Of a DNA stretch of 64,000 nt, positions 13,691 through 26,102 are shown in pieces. Each line of letters starts with the position of its first letter. The stretch's first letter is position 1. The notes beneath the pieces were generated by a model. The model saw only the letters and a program-made list of their open reading frames with translations. It was not told the DNA's origin and made no database searches. A program made the translations under genes and the position numbers. The DNA is from the human T2T-CHM13v2.0 reference genome, Homo sapiens, in the NCBI RefSeq assembly GCF_009914755.1, contig NC_060929.1; one strand, 5' to 3'.

Positions 13691-13984
13691 TTGTTTTGTT
13701 TTTTTGAGACAGTGTCTCATTCTGTCACCCAGGCTGGAGTATGGTGGCACAATCACGGCTCACTGTAGCCTGGACTTCCTGGGCTCAATTATCTCACTAC
13801 AGCCTCCCAAGTAGCGGGGACTAGGTGTTATGTCACCACATCTGGCTAACATATTTATTTATTTAGTAGAGATGAAGTCTCTTTATGTTGCCTATGCTGG
13901 TCTCGAACTCTTGGGTTCAAGTGATCCTCCAGCCTGAGCCTCCCAAAGTGCTGGGATTACAGACATGAGCCACAGAATCTGGCC
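13691..13984 (-). mobile_element. AluJ (Jo/Jr-like)
   Basis: Antisense Alu: tttttgagacagtgtctcattctgtcacccaggctggagt...cctgggctcaa...cctcccaaagtgctgggattacag. Confidence 0.92.
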
Positions 13985-14584
13985 CATTAAGTGGTAAGAG
14001 GCACGTGTTAGAATTTTTTTAATATATCATTCATAAATCCATATCTGTACTTTCATATTCTTTGTTTAAACATCTTATCCCAGTGCTTGGCAATTTTTAA
14101 ATGCTCAGCAATATTACTGAATAAATAGCTTAGAAAATTTCTGCATTTCTTTATCTCTGAACATTTATAGTGTATATATTTGCAGAGTTTTGTGTAACTC
14201 CATATTTTATACATATCTTCATCTTTAATTCTGAAATTCTCTATGGAAAGGATGTTTATATAACTTTCGTTTTTCTTGTGTGAAGTGTAGCCTTGAGAGA
14301 TCTGGATTTTTCTGATTGGTCCAGTAGGGGCTGTTTACTGTTTGGTCCGGTAGGGGGCTATAACCATGATTTCTGCTGTCAGTTAAATGTACATTATTTG
14401 GGACACATGGGAGTAAAACTGTAAGAAAACATAATCATGACTTCAAACTTGCTTTAATGCACCTACTCTTACTTAGAAACTATGTAGTATTGAGTATGAG
14501 ATGGACATTTAGAGGTTATCTATTTTAAATTGCTGTTTCTTAGAAGAAAACCTAGTCATTTGGAATTCATTTAGATTATCTTTC

Positions 14585-14969
14585 TAATATGGTTAGGCTT
14601 TGTATCCACGCCCAAATATCATCTTGAATTGTAATCCCCATAATCTCCATAATTCCCACTTGTCAAGGAAGAGATCAGGTGGAAGTAATCGAATCATGGA
14701 GGTGGTTTCCCCCATACTGTTCTGATGATAGTGAGTGAATTCTCGTGAGATCTGATGATTTTGTAAGGGGCTCTTCCTGTTTTGCTCAGCACTCCTTCCT
14801 GCCACCTTGTGAAGAAGGTGCCTTGCTTCCTCTTCACCTTCTGCCATGATTCTAAGTTTCCTGAGGCCTCCCCAGCCAGGCTAAACTGTGAGTCGATTAA
14901 GCCTCTTTCCTTTATAAATTACCCAGTCTTGGGCAGTTCTTTGTAGCAGTATGAAAATGGACTAATACA
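14585..14969 (+). mobile_element. THE1D solo LTR (ERVL-MaLR)
   Basis: taatatggttaggctttgt...atcttgaattgtaatcccc...tttataaattacccagtct...atggactaataca. TSD ctttc/ttttc. Confidence 0.92.
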
Positions 14970-15094
14970 TTTTCCTTATCTAACTCTATTCAGAGTTGAA
15001 AATACGGCAGTCACATTTAGCTATTCTGTCTCTGTGAGCTTGTTCTGATTTTCCTTTGGTCTGAACACATCTATATAATATCCCACATTTATAT

Positions 15095-15312
15095 AGACCT
15101 TATATAGAGCATTTCTACATCTATTATCTCATCTTTACAATAACCCTCCGTGTTGCATAGGAAGTTATTATCATCACCATTTTACAGCTGGAGAAAATGA
15201 TGCTAAGGGAGGTTAAGTGGTTTGTTCAATGTCACAGTTATTGAGGAGTCAGAGGACTAAAATCTAGGTGTTTCAAATCTTAGCCCCAGATCGTTCTCAT
15301 TACATCACACTG
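15095..15312 (-). mobile_element. MIR
   Basis: ccattttacagctggagaaaatgatgct..ggaggttaagtggtttgttcaatgtcacag, antisense core. Confidence 0.75.
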
Positions 15313-16899
15313 CATATCTTTTTATATCATAGTGCAATTAGTTAGTAATACTTGTGAAAAAAATCTACCAAATATTTCATCAAATATTTGATTAAAGACC
15401 CTAAATATTTTTTGAGTTTATACAGTAATCCTGTTATTTTAGCATGTTCTTTCTCATAAAACTAAACATTTCTCTTTGCTTTAACACAATTTATTCAACA
15501 AACATGTCTTAAGTTTCTACTTAAGAATGCCTATACACTAGGCATTCTTCTAGGCAATGCTATTTTATTATGATAAAGATCAGTTCATTTTTTAAAGAAA
15601 ATGAGTCTATCTTCAACTCAGCTACAAAGTAACATTATGTAAAAATTTAGAGTTAAGAATAAATCATTTGGGGCCTGCCAGTTTGTACTATATTTTCCAT
15701 TTATACTAGTTTGGAAATACATGGAAATTGAGAAGTCCAAATTCATTCTGGCACATACCAAATATTGTGATCTATTGTTGTAAAGCTGTATATTTCTTAT
15801 AACAATAGAATAAAATAAATAATGCATTGTTTATCATCACAGGAATAAAATATTCACATAAGTGAAAATTTCAGACAATTATTAACTTTTCAGGTTCCAA
15901 ATACTAACAATTTAGGTGTAAATATGTTTACAATCTAATAAATAATTTCATTTTTCTTATTATTAAACCAAACAAATATTTTTGATGACTCAACCTTTAT
16001 TATTATGTGTTTCAATATACTATAGTGGGTAGCTCGAAGCCACTGTAGATTTGGTGGTTCTCTTGGCTTTGCTCTCTCTTCTTTTTAAAATGTCTCATTC
16101 CGTCAGCTTCTAAAAATACCTTGCTAACTTTTAAAAAATGTATTTTCTACATACTGTAACTTAGAAAGAAATGATCTTTGAAAGGTACACATGTAGGCAG
16201 CTTTAGTTTAAAAATCAGCTTACTTTTCATTGGAAACATAAAGTTATGAAATAAAATGACTGAACATAAATTCATGAAAAATGTTTCATCTCACTGGTAA
16301 ACAAAAATATCCCTGTTAGAACAATAACATTCCAGTTTTCTTCCATCAATTTGGTATTTTTATATTAATGCTCACATTTTTTGTGTGAAAAATGGGCATT
16401 ATTGTACTGTATGCTGTTGCAATTTAGAAGTATGTATCAATAGCTATAAAATGATACATAAATGATCTAAAACTTGTACTTCTGTATATTTGTGCTAAAA
16501 ATTCAGGTTATTTTACAAATCTATAAGTAGACATATATAAACATATTATATTGTATATAATTCCATTTTATTCTTTCTTAGAGACATATATATATATATA
16601 GAGAGAGAGATGCATCTGTATTTATATAGAAGAGGTATTATTAAATGAAAAAAGCAAGTTTTAAATATTCTATTTTTAATGAAACATTTATGTGGGTGAT
16701 TTTCCTTATTTTTTCTGTATCTCTGTAATAGTTTTTAAAAAATCAGCACATACTAATTTTATAAAAATAGTCATCTTAATGGTGTAGAAAGTAGAGAGTG
16801 AGAGAGCAAACAGGCAGCAGAGTTAAGGAACAATACTACGACAATAACATTAGTGAGAGTTTACACTCTACTTAGGAATTTTGACATCATTATATTGAT

Positions 16900-17085
16900 T
16901 AAGCATCATTATTTATGTCATTTTGCTTAATCTTTACAATGGCATCATTTCCCCATTTTTGCAGATAAGGAAACTGAGACTGAGAATAGCTTACTTAAGT
17001 TGTCACTTCTAGTAAGTAGTAGATCTGGGGCCTAAAACCAGATGGGCCTACTTTCAGACTGAATTTTCTTTCCACCCTCCAGTAT
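16900..17085 (-). mobile_element. MIR
   Basis: ccccatttttgcagataaggaaactgagact, antisense core. Confidence 0.75.
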
Positions 17086-17179
17086 TACGGCAGGCTTATG
17101 CTCAGAAGCCCTTTTGCCTGGGTTTTCATTTTGGAATGTGTTCTAGAAATGTGACATTGCTGTTCATATATTGTGATCA

Positions 17180-17400
17180 TAAGGCAGACGTCTAGCCATA
17201 TCAGACTGCTATGATTTGACCTTACTCTGCCATTTAAGACTTTTTACCTTATCTCACTTTTCCGTGTCTATTTTCTGATCTGTGAAATGGGGGTAGTCAT
17301 GGTACCTATCACACAGTGTGTTGTACAGGTAGTGACATTGTGGGATAATGCATAAGAAGTGTATGATACAGTATCTGGTCACTATCATTATCACTATTAA
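17180..17400 (+). mobile_element. MIR
   Basis: ctctgccattta...ttttctgatctgtgaaatggggg..gtacctatcacacag...gataatgcat, sense core. Confidence 0.7.
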
Positions 17401-17724
17401 TGTTGTATTCAGTAATAAATATGATTTCCTATCTTTCGAACACTTATTTGAGCCATCAGTTATAGCTTTATCTAATTTGTTAAATGGGCCTAAAGTTAGT
17501 GTATAGTCCTTTCAAAGTTAGGCATTTTGCTTTCTTCTCTGCAATAGCAGTAGACTTATTCTGTTACTTGGGAGAATGCAAATGCATACGGATTTTAAGC
17601 CGAAATCCCAATGACAGGTTGTTTAAGATGATAAGTTTTGTCTTCTCTTGCTTTGAGAGGTATGCATAGTCAAAGTTTATTGCAGGGCAATATATGGCAA
17701 ATACATAGAAACTGCTACTATATA

Positions 17725-17949
17725 CAGTTGATCCTTGAACAACATTGTTTGAACTACGTGGGTCCACTTATTGTGAAATTTTTTCAACCAAATGCAGATC
17801 AAAATACAGTATTGGACAGATGCAGAACCAGTGTATATGGAGGGCTTACTTTTACATCTGCAAATTCTGTAGGGCTATGGGATTTGAGTATAGTTGGATT
17901 TTGATGTGTGTGGGGGTCCTGGAACCAATCTTTCATGTATACCAAAGGA

Positions 17950-17955
<6 letters not shown>
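17725..17955. mobile_element. MER8 (TcMar-Tigger MITE)
   Basis: Termini cagttgatccttgaacaac...gggtccacttat and gggggtcctggaaccaatc...aaggaagacta. TA on both sides. Confidence 0.85.

Positions 17956-18005
<50 letters not shown>
17954..18005. repeat. (TA)26 microsatellite
   Basis: Perfect 52-bp TA run directly abutting the MER8 end. Confidence 0.95.
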
Positions 18006-18010
<5 letters not shown>

Positions 18011-18025
18011 GCATGGTTATCTGTG

Positions 18026-18467
18026 TGCTATGATTTGAATATTTCTTTGTCTCCCCACAACACTCATGCTAAAATTTGGTCCCCCATGTGGAGGTGTTGG
18101 GAGGTGGAGGCTTGTGGGAGGTGTTTGGGGCAGGTCCCTCATGAATGGCTTGGTTCTGTTCTCAAGGTAGTGGGTGAGTTCTCGCTGCCCTGAGACTGGG
18201 GTTATTCTCTCAGGAAGGGGCTATCTCCTTCAAGAGTGGGTTGTCATAAAGCTAGGACACCCTTTGGCTTTGGTCACTCTTCACAGGTGTTTGCTTGCCC
18301 TTTGACCTTCTCTGTTGTGTTGTGATATAGCACAAAAACCCCATGAAGCCAGGCCCATGCCCCTGAGCTCTTCAGCCTACAGAACCATGAGCTAAATGAA
18401 CCTCTTTTCTTCATAAATTACCCAGTCTCAGATATTCTTTTATAGCAACACAAAACAGACTACGACA
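18026..18467 (+). mobile_element. MSTB-type MaLR solo LTR
   Basis: tgctatgatttgaatat...ccctcatgaatggcttgg...aaattacccagtctcagatattcttttatagcaacacaaaacagactacgaca. TSD ctgtg/cagtg. Confidence 0.88.
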
Positions 18468-18669
18468 CAGTGTAAGTCCTAATTTAAATTCTATGTGAGA
18501 AAAAAGGAATACGTAAAATTTAGTCTCTTTCACAAAGCAGCTACAGAAACAAGTAAAAAAAAGCAAATCTGGTAGAAAATAAATATCATAAAATAGATAA
18601 AGGTAAACTGGAAATTTAGACAAAGGAGAGAATAGAGCTAATGGAAGAATCAGGAAATACCAGGTAGTC

Positions 18670-19100
18670 GGCATGTGAGTTAGATTTTGAGGAGTGGGTA
18701 AAATTCAGAAATGCAGAGGTGAATGCATGCATGGTGTGTGGGTGTGTATGTAAACCAGATATTCTAGTCAGAGGGGATCACACAAAGAAAGCCACAGATA
18801 TTGGAATGTATTGGGCACAGACTTAGAACTGGGAGTGGTTATGTAAGTTTTGTGCACAAGGATTGTGAGAATTGAAAGTTTACAGATGAATGGTAAGCTG
18901 GTACAGAGCGGAATGGAGAACCTTGATGCCAGGGCAGGAAATTAGAATTTTGTTTTATAGTCAACAGGGAGCCACTGAAAGATTTCAATGATGTAATGAT
19001 CAGATCACAGTTATGCTTTAGAAAAATTAGGCCAATAATAGCACATTCAGTGGATTATAGGGAAGAATTCAGAATTGGGCAAGTGAGGTAGGAAAGTTTT
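18670..19100 (-). mobile_element. L2 fragment
   Basis: ccttgatgccagggcaggaaattag...cagggagccactgaaagattt...gatcagatc, antisense L2 phrases. Confidence 0.6.
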
Positions 19101-19653
19101 AAAAGGTTGCATATTTAAAATTATACCTTTCCCTTTACAGGATTCATAGGGCTGATTATGTAAAGCATTGGTGTAAAGGGAGAATGTGGCTCAGTATCAT
19201 GAAAGTTATCAATTGCCTTGATTTGAGAGGATTTTGTATGGAAAGGGTATGGACAAATGAAGAGTTAATGAAGAATTAAGCACTATCAAACCTGATGTTT
19301 ATAAATCTTTAAATACAGTCTGTCCTTAATTTTTGGGTTTTTAATATCAAAATTTTTGCAATTACAAAGGTGGATATCAAAGGAAAAGCATCATAACCTA
19401 CAAATAAACTGATTATTTCTGACATTAGTTTCTACTGAATCATTTTCCCCAAACCTTAACCCTAGTGTCTTCCTCAGTATTTGTATAGTTCACTGTCTTT
19501 CTAATTGTCAAACGTTGTATATCTCTGTAATGGAAATATCACTCAATTTTGATTAAAAAATTTAAAGTAGGTGATCAACAACAGTTAGATTACTCATATA
19601 CATCAAGATCTTAAAGAGGTCAAATTGTAGGAAATTTAAAGGGATTTGAAGAA

Positions 19654-19947
19654 TTTTTTTTTTTTTTGACAAGTTCTTGTTTTGTCACCCAGGCTGGAGT
19701 GCAGTGGCACAATCTTGGTTCACTGCAGCCTCGACCTCCTGGGCTCAAGTGATCCTCCCATCTAGCCTCCCGAGTAGCTGGGACTACAGGCATATGCCAC
19801 CATCCCTGGCCAAATCTTTGTATTTTTTGTAGAGATGGGGTTTCACCATGTTGCCCAGACTGGTCTCGAACTCCTGGGCTCAAGTGATTCATCTGCCTTG
19901 GCCTCCCAAAGTGCTAGGATTGTAGGAGTGAACCACTGCGCCTAGCT
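19654..19947 (-). mobile_element. AluJb-like
   Basis: Antisense Alu with poly-T head and cctcctgggctcaagtgatcctccc J diagnostics. Confidence 0.93.
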
Positions 19948-20049
19948 TGGGAGATACTTTCTTTGGAGACATCATGGTTGGGATTCTTATTGTGCAAAAC
20001 AAATGAGTATAGATAGGGGCTTGCCTGCTCCTCACCTTGGGTTTTCACC

Positions 20050-20880
20050 AAGGACAGCTTGAAATGTGGGGTTTTGTTTTGTTTTGTTTTTGCCCCAAAA
20101 GGACACAGTGAACTGATGTCTGACTCACATTGGAAAGAGTGCTAAAGGGCAAGATCTGGCTAAAACAGCCTGGGTTGGTGAAGGAGAGGTCAGCATAGAC
20201 TTCTGCCATAGTGAAGACAGGTAAGCACAAGGAGGTGTAGAAGCTGAGGGGAACTATTAAGCACTAAGCCAAAGGACAACAATGATTGTGTCATACAGTT
20301 GGAGAAATCCAGGAAGGGTATCCCCCAAAAAACAGAACAAGCGTCTGATTTAAGCATTTCCCAGTACCAAAGAGATTGAAACCATCTTATAATAGCAACA
20401 ATAATGGAGAAATGTTTGCCTCCCAAAGCCCCCTGGCTCTTTTCACATCTCCCTGAACTTTATTTGCTTTAGCCTTAATTGGAAATGGTAGAAACTCTTG
20501 CTTATAATAGAGGTGGCATAGGAATGCCATGTAGAAATACCATAGGAGGAAAGAGAGAAGAAGGAACTTACACCCTTTCTCCCTTCCCCTTTAAAAGGTA
20601 ATGGGAGTTTGCCTCTAATGAAAGAACTAATTTTAAATCAAGTTTAAAGTTTGGATTATTATCTGGATCTAGGAATTTTAGATTAAATTATGAATTTAGA
20701 CTTATTACCCAGGAGCAATGAGTGGAGTCATGGGGCCTGCGTGAATTGTTATTCAGAAATGGGGGTTGGAGAAATGGTGCACGCATCAACATTATGTAAG
20801 AGGAATGTGAGAATGTGATAAAGTTTCTTTAATGTTTTTACTTCATGGATCTTGCTTGTTTAATGATATTGTGCTGCAAA
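20050..20880 (+). mobile_element. Possible ancient MamGyp-type LTR remnant
   Basis: aaagtttggattattatctgga... and a terminal ataaagttt...tcttgcttgtttaat resemble my recollection of MamGypLTR 3' regions. Weak. Confidence 0.3.
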
Positions 20881-21007
20881 AGCTAAGGCGAAATTTCAGG
20901 TTATACAAATGATGAAGGTTTTCATTAAGTCCATGAAAGTGATGTTAGGATCTGATTAAAAAATGAAGAGTTGGGTCGGGCACTGTGGCTCACGCCTGTA
21001 ATCCCAG

Positions 21008-22389
21008 TGAGAGGTGACAGCCTGCTGGCAGTCCTCACAGCCCTCACTCGTTCTGGGCGCCTCCTCTGCCTGGGCTCCCACTTTGGCGGCACTTGAGCCC
21101 TTCAGCCTGCCGCTGCACTGTGGGAGCCCCTTTCTGGGCTGGCCAAGGCCGGAGCCGGCTCCCTCATCTTGCTGTGGGGAGGTGTGGAGGGAGAGGTGCT
21201 GGCGGGAACCGGGGCTGCACGCGGCGCTTGCGGGCCAGCGCGAGTTCCGGGTGGGCGTGGGCTTGGCAGGCCCCGCACAGGGAGCGGCGGGCCGGCCCCG
21301 CCGCCTGGGGCAATGAGGGGCTTAGCACCCGGGCCAGCAGCTGTGGAGGGTTTACCGGGTCCCCTAGCAGTGCCGGCCCAGCGGCGCTGCACTCGCTTTC
21401 TCACCGGGCCTTAGCTGCCTCCCCGTGGGGCAGGGCTCGGGACCTGCAGCCCGCCATGCCTGAGCCTGTCCCACTCCGTGGGCTCCCGTGCGGCCCTAGC
21501 CTCCCCGATGGGTGCCGCCCCCTGCTCCACGCGGCCAGTCCCATCCACCACCCAAGGGCTGAGGAGTGCGGGCCCAGGGCTTCGGACTGGCAGGCAGCTC
21601 CACCTGCGACCGCCGTGGTGCGAGATCCACTGGGTGAAGCCAGCTGGGCTTCTGAGTCTGGTGGGGACTTGGAGAACCTTTATGTCTAGCTAAGCGATTG
21701 TAAATACACCAATCGGCACTCTGTATCTAGCTCAAGGTTTGTCAACACACCAATCAGCACCCTGTGTCTAGCTCAGGGTTTGTGAATGCACCAGTGGACA
21801 CTCTGTATCTAGCTAATCTAGTGGGGATGTGGAGAACCTTTGTGTCTAGATCAGGGATTGTAAACACACCAATCAGCTCCCTGTCAAAACAGACTACTCT
21901 GCTCTCTGTAAAATGGACCAATCAGCAGAATGTGGGTGGGGCCAGATAAGAGAATAAAAGCAGGCTGCCCAGGCCAGCAGTGGCGGGCGGCTCTGGTCCA
22001 GTTCTTGGTTGTGGAAGCTTTGTTTTTTTGCTCTTTGCAATAAATCTTGCTACTGGTCACTCTTTGGGTCCACACTGCCTTTATGAGCTGTAACACTCAC
22101 CGGGAAGGTCTGCAGCTTGACTCCTGAAGCCAGCGAGACCACGGAACCCACCGGAAGGAATGAACAACTCCAGACGCACCACCTTAAGAGCTGTAACACT
22201 CACCGCGAAGGTCCGCAGCTTCACTCCTGAGCCAGCGAGACCAGGAACCCACCAGAAGGAAGAAACTCCGAACATCAGAAGGAACAAACTCCAGACATGT
22301 CGCCTTTAAGAACTGTAACACTCACTGCGAGGGTCCGCGGCTTCATTCTTGAAGTCAGTGAGACCAAGAACCCACCAATTCCGGACACA
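21008..22389 (+). mobile_element. LTR12C (ERV9) solo LTR
   Basis: Starts tgagaggtgacagc and ends aattccggacaca. GC/CpG-rich U3, repeated accaatc.gcac.ctgt.tctagct units, U5 repeats gctgtaacactcacc. 4-bp TSD ccag (21004-21007, 22390-22393). Confidence 0.96.
21700..21990 (+). promoter_or_regulatory. ERV9/LTR12 enhancer-promoter (CCAAT repeats, GC-box, GATA, AATAAA TATA-equivalent)
   Basis: CCAAT near 21709, 21750, 21869 and 21918; gggtggggcc 21934-21943; agataa 21944-21949; aataaa 21953-21958. The layout matches the known ERV9 LTR promoter, but activity is not shown. Confidence 0.6.
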
Positions 22390-22422
22390 CCAGCACTTTG
22401 GGAGGCCGAGGCAGGCGGATCA

Positions 22423-22673
<251 letters not shown>

Positions 22674-22719
22674 TTAATAATTGAGAAATAGAAATTCAAC
22701 AAGAGTGGCGATCAGAAAT

Positions 22720-22856
22720 AATTAGAATCAGAACATAGGTATCTATATCATGATGCAGTGGTGGTTATAGTACTGTATGCATTTGACAAAAGCCTTCAAG
22801 CTGTACACTTAAAATTGGGGAATGTTATCATATGTAAATTATATACTACTTAAAAA
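22720..22856 (+). mobile_element. L1M 3' end fragment
   Basis: gtggtggttata...ctgtacacttaaaattggggaatgttatcatatgtaaattatatac. Confidence 0.65.
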
Positions 22857-23133
22857 AGGAGACTGGATGAATAAATGCTCCATAAATTTTGTAGGCTTTT
22901 GGTTAATTTCTAGAATTCTGAAGAAGTTGAACTTGATGATTTTTGCTAGTGTTCTTATTGCTTTTACGGAAGAGCAGATTTCAGAACATTCTTTCTTTTC
23001 TATTTGGAAACCTCACTTCTATAAATAGAATTTTAAAATATGCGTTTATTTCTTTCTGGCTTCTTTCATTCAACATTATCTTCGTTAGATTAATATTTGT
23101 AGTTTATTTTCTTTGTTCTATAATGTTCTATAA

Positions 23134-23440
23134 CAATGATTCTCTCACCCTTTTTGGCATCAGAGACTGATTTTGTGGAAGATTTTTTTTCCACAGACTG
23201 GGTGGGGGGGTGGAGATGGTGTGGGTGGTGGGGTGGTTTCAGAGGCATTAGATTCTCCTAAGGAGCAAGCAAGCTACATCACTCGCAGTAGCAATTCCCA
23301 ATGGGGTTTGTGCTCCCGTGAGAATCTAATGCTGCTGCTGATGTGACTGGAGGCAGAGCTCAGGTGGTAATGCACACTCCTGTGCAGCTCACCTCGTGCT
23401 GTGTGGCCCGGTTTCTAGCAGGCCATGGATGGGTACCGGT
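23134..23440. mobile_element. MER1B (hAT-Charlie), one end truncated
   Basis: ctttttggcatcagagactgattttgtggaaga...aggcattagattctc...gagaatctaatgctgctgctgat...gtaccggt. Confidence 0.88.
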
Positions 23441-23519
23441 GTAATGTTTTAGGAATGTACATATGTTCTGGCTATGTATCTTATGTCATATGTATACATA
23501 TATATGAAGCATCTTCTAA

Positions 23520-24920
23520 ATTAGTGTATTCCATTTTTGTTGTTTTTATCTTGACGAGGTGAAAAATTTTAACTATCAACCTTTTTGTATTTATTCAGAT
23601 GATTATATAAACTTTCTTCTTTATTTCCTAGTGCACATATTTATTTTCTAATACAACACCCACCTTGCATTCTTTAAATAGAACCAACTTGGTCCAGATG
23701 TGTAATTCTTTAAATATATCACTAGATTTTAATTTCTGTTATTTTGTTTATTTAGGATCCATTTCACAAAAGAAATTGGCCTGTAATTTTTTTTCTTATA
23801 ATATTCTTTCCATGTTTGGTTGTAAAATCATGCTGACCTCATAAAATACTTAGAGGTGTTTCCTATTCTTTGGAAGGATTTGTTTAAAATTGGCGTGTTT
23901 CTTTTTATATATTTGGAAATTTTACAAGTGAAACAATCTATGTCTAAGGTTCTTTTTGTAAGTAGGTTATTCTTTAGAAATTCAGTTTATTAATGGATAT
24001 AATGCCAGTCAGATATCTATTTTTGAGTTTTGGTAAGTTGTGTCTTCAAAATTATTAGCATATCACTGGTCAAAATACCCTTTTGTTATCTTTTTTTTAA
24101 TGCTTCTAGAATATGTGGTGATATTTTCCTTTTCATTCTTGATATTAGTTATTTATGATTTCTTTATTCCCTTTGATTAGTATTTTTGTTTTCTTGATCT
24201 TTCCAAATAAGTAAGTTTAAAAGATTTAAAAATCTTTTCTGTTAATATGTTTCCTACTTTATTAGCTCTTGGTCTTTTGTTATTTTCTTTCCTCTACATC
24301 CTGTGAGTTTAATTTGCTCTTCTTTTCTAATTTCTTGAATAGATAACTGATTTTTTAGTCTTTCTTTTCCACTAACATATGCATTAAAGTTAGAAATTTT
24401 TCTCTAAGTTGATTTATTGTTTCATACCAAAAGTTTAATAGCAAGATTGAAGTTTTTACATTTCTAACTATAATTTTGGATTAGTATGCTTGTCCTTTTT
24501 ATTATGTCAGTTTTTTCTTTATATATTTTGACGCTATTAATTAGCTGCAAAACGTGTTACATCTTTTTGTTACATCAATCCTTTACCATTTTTTAAAAAA
24601 TCCCTCTTCTAGTAATACTTGATAAATTGAGAGAAAATATTCGAGAAAATATTTGCAAATCACATATCTGAAAAACATATCAGAACATATAAAGAGCTTT
24701 TAAAACTAAAAAATATACAAGCAAACCAAAAACAAGCAGAGAATATGAATATACACTTTCTTATTTAATTTTTATTGTGGTAAAATTTACATAATGTAAA
24801 ATTTAGCTTATTAACTTTTTTAAGTGTACAATTCAGTGATATTAAGTACTTGTGCAACCATCACCATTATCCATCTTTTGAACTTTGCATTATCTCAAAA
24901 TGAAACTCTTTATCAGTTAT
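23520..24920 (-). mobile_element. Old L1 (L1ME/L1MB) fragments, mostly antisense
   Basis: gaaattggcctgtaattttt...gctgacctcataaaat (ORF2 antisense); a short sense piece at 24630-24760; an L1MB-type 3' end antisense at 24765-24920 (ttttattgtggtaaaat...gtgtacaattcagtg). Confidence 0.65.
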
Positions 24921-25388
24921 AATATTCTTTTTATTTTTAAAAGATGTCATGATACACATTCACTTTTGCTGTTTAATATAGGATTCTATAGCTGTGGCTA
25001 TAGATATATTTTGTCAAACTTGATTTGTGATTCAATTCTCTTAAAAATAATCTACAGATCTTTACAATTGACTGAAAGTTTTTATTATGCTATCTAAATA
25101 TGAGTAAAGATAAAACAAGGAATAAACTAACTTGTTTATAACTACAAAGCCAAAATAAACATAAATTAAAATAAAAACAACTATAAAACCAAAACAATTC
25201 AACTCATTAACGTAGGTAAACATTTACAATTCAAATAATTATTTACAAACTAAATATATAATACTGATTATTATGGCACAAATTATTTTGAAGGTGGCCA
25301 TCCTGTATTACCAAAATGTGGGATGAAGACTCCATTTTCAGTTGTAACTAACATGAATGTGTGCACCTCATTTGACTTTGCTTAGAGC

Positions 25389-25577
25389 AGTGTTTCTCAA
25401 GCTTAGCCCCATACCAGCCTAACCCAGGGAACTTTCAAGAATATTAATGACTGGGCCTCACCTGCAAAGATACTGGGTAATTGCCCTAGATGTGGCCTGA
25501 GTCCTGGGATGTTTTAAATGTCCCCAGCTGAGCCTAATGATGAGTCAAGGTGTCCAGTCAAGGTTGAGGACTGTGGA
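25389..25577. mobile_element. MER5-family (MER5A1-like) hAT MITE
   Basis: cagtgtttctcaa...tttaaatgtccccagctga..ctaatg...caaggttgagga. Confidence 0.65.
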
Positions 25578-25927
25578 TTTATGTGAATATGTTGTTTGTA
25601 TGCCAGTTCTACCACTATTATTTTTCTCATTAGACTCTAATTAGCATATAATTACTTGGAACTGACAGTATATGACAGTATAGTAAACCAAATGTAATGC
25701 AAAACTAAATGTTTTATGGCAGTACTGGTTATATACCTAATCCAAAATATGCATATATTAATTTGTGTTTATATATTTTTCATTAAAAAAGCACAAGGTA
25801 AAATTTTTTGAAGACAGATTATCTCCAAGAATATGTCTGAGGACCAAGAAAGATCTACAAATCATCATTTGAATAGTATTCCTATAACTATTTAACCTTA
25901 TATAAGAATGAAAAACAGCCTACCTTA

Positions 25928-26102
25928 TTTGTTCTCAACCATGGCTACACACATTAAAATCAACTGGCAAGTTTCAAAGGAAAAAGAACTCACCTCATTT
26001 TCAACCTGAGAGGAACTAAATCCCTGGGGGTAAAAGTAAAACAGTAACTTTTACAAGCTTCCCAGGTGATTCTCCTGTGCAGGCAGGGGTGAGAGTCATT
26101 GG
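25928..26102. mobile_element. MER5-family hAT MITE
   Basis: gttctcaaccatggctacacacattaaaatca...aagcttcccaggtgattct..tgtgcag..aggggtgagagtcattg. Confidence 0.6.

Noticed and set aside
16900-17400. Head-to-head MIR pair as a dsRNA source
   Set aside because: The copies are too diverged to pair extensively.
21014-21693. Longest ORFs (198 aa and overlapping 100-aa ORFs)
   Set aside because: They lie wholly in the GC-rich LTR12C U3, where stop codons are rare. No protein family is recognisable.
21700-22330. Spaced direct repeats resembling a CRISPR array
   Set aside because: They are the standard U3 CCAAT and U5 repeats of LTR12. The context is eukaryotic and there are no cas genes.
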